In this document: in pieces, positions 63,561 through 64,000 of the stretch
Numbering within the stretch: position 1 is the first letter of the stretch
Layout: each line of letters opens with the position of its first letter
Source: Peribolospora baueri
Taxonomy: Eukaryota
Reading direction: 5' to 3'
DNA: 64,000 nt
NCBI GenBank assembly: GCA_029717555.1
Contig: JAMDHS010000004.1
Span: 248,001 to 312,000, forward strand
Notes under the pieces: generated by a model
The model's database searches: none
Seen by the model: only the letters and a program-made list of their open reading frames with translations
Told to the model about the DNA's origin: nothing
Program-made: the position numbers and the translations under genes

Positions 63561-64000
63561 GGAGATCCGAGTATGAATCGTGAATTGTGAATCGTGGATC
63601 GTGAATCGGGTCAGGTCAGACCAGCCAGGCGACAGAAAGAGGCGAGGTTCGATGAGGGACGACGCCGACGACGACAACGAAGACGGGGGAAGGGAGGGAG
63701 GGAGGGCTGGTCGGGCCCGCTACAGTGATGACCAAGACAGACAGGGACGGCGCTCAGCGACTCCAGCCGCTCCTCTCCCCGCCCGCGCTGCCGGCGCTCG
63801 ACCCGGTATGATCGGGGTTCAGGTAGCCGCCAGTGGCTACGCGACGTCTATGAGCCTGCATCTCCTTATCCTGCGTCGTTTCGTTTCGTTCGTTCGCGAG
63901 AAAAGAGCGAAAACGGCGTCAGCGTTGTGGAAATCGCAATGGAAGCGAGATCGGAGGGACGGCGGAGACTCACGTAGCACTCCCTACACCGGATCCCTCC

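Overview
Gene-dense, intron-rich, GC-rich fungal nuclear DNA, most consistent with a basidiomycete (short GT[A/G]AGT...[C/T]AG introns, basidiomycete-type antizyme and CYP51). I can support about 21 protein-coding genes, mostly housekeeping: DBP6, a JmjC oxygenase, NSE3/MAGE, RPL13, an SDR, RPC25, IRC3, ODC antizyme, an SV2/SVOP-like MFS, a Ctr copper transporter, SHP1/UBX1, a 3xKH RNA-binding protein, POL32, DBP5, a C2H2 finger protein, DSS1/Cyt-4, a ~1950-aa multi-Ig-like protein, ERG11/CYP51 and a MAPK phosphatase. I found no tRNA, rRNA or CRISPR. Most notable: (1) the antizyme gene has a +1 programmed frameshift site (UUU-UAG) visible only after splicing, a candidate 3' stem-loop, and a stop-free intron whose retention would bypass the frameshift; (2) a three-exon cysteine-string gene (14 Cys in 41 aa, 9-nt micro-exon) absent from the ORF track lies just downstream of the copper transporter; (3) a ~130-bp mitochondrial LAGLIDADG-like fragment (NUMT); (4) a small TIR element with an internal tandem duplication; (5) a recurring GCCGCAGC promoter motif. 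Exon boundaries were read by eye and need RNA-seq confirmation; family assignments come from motif recognition, not database searches.
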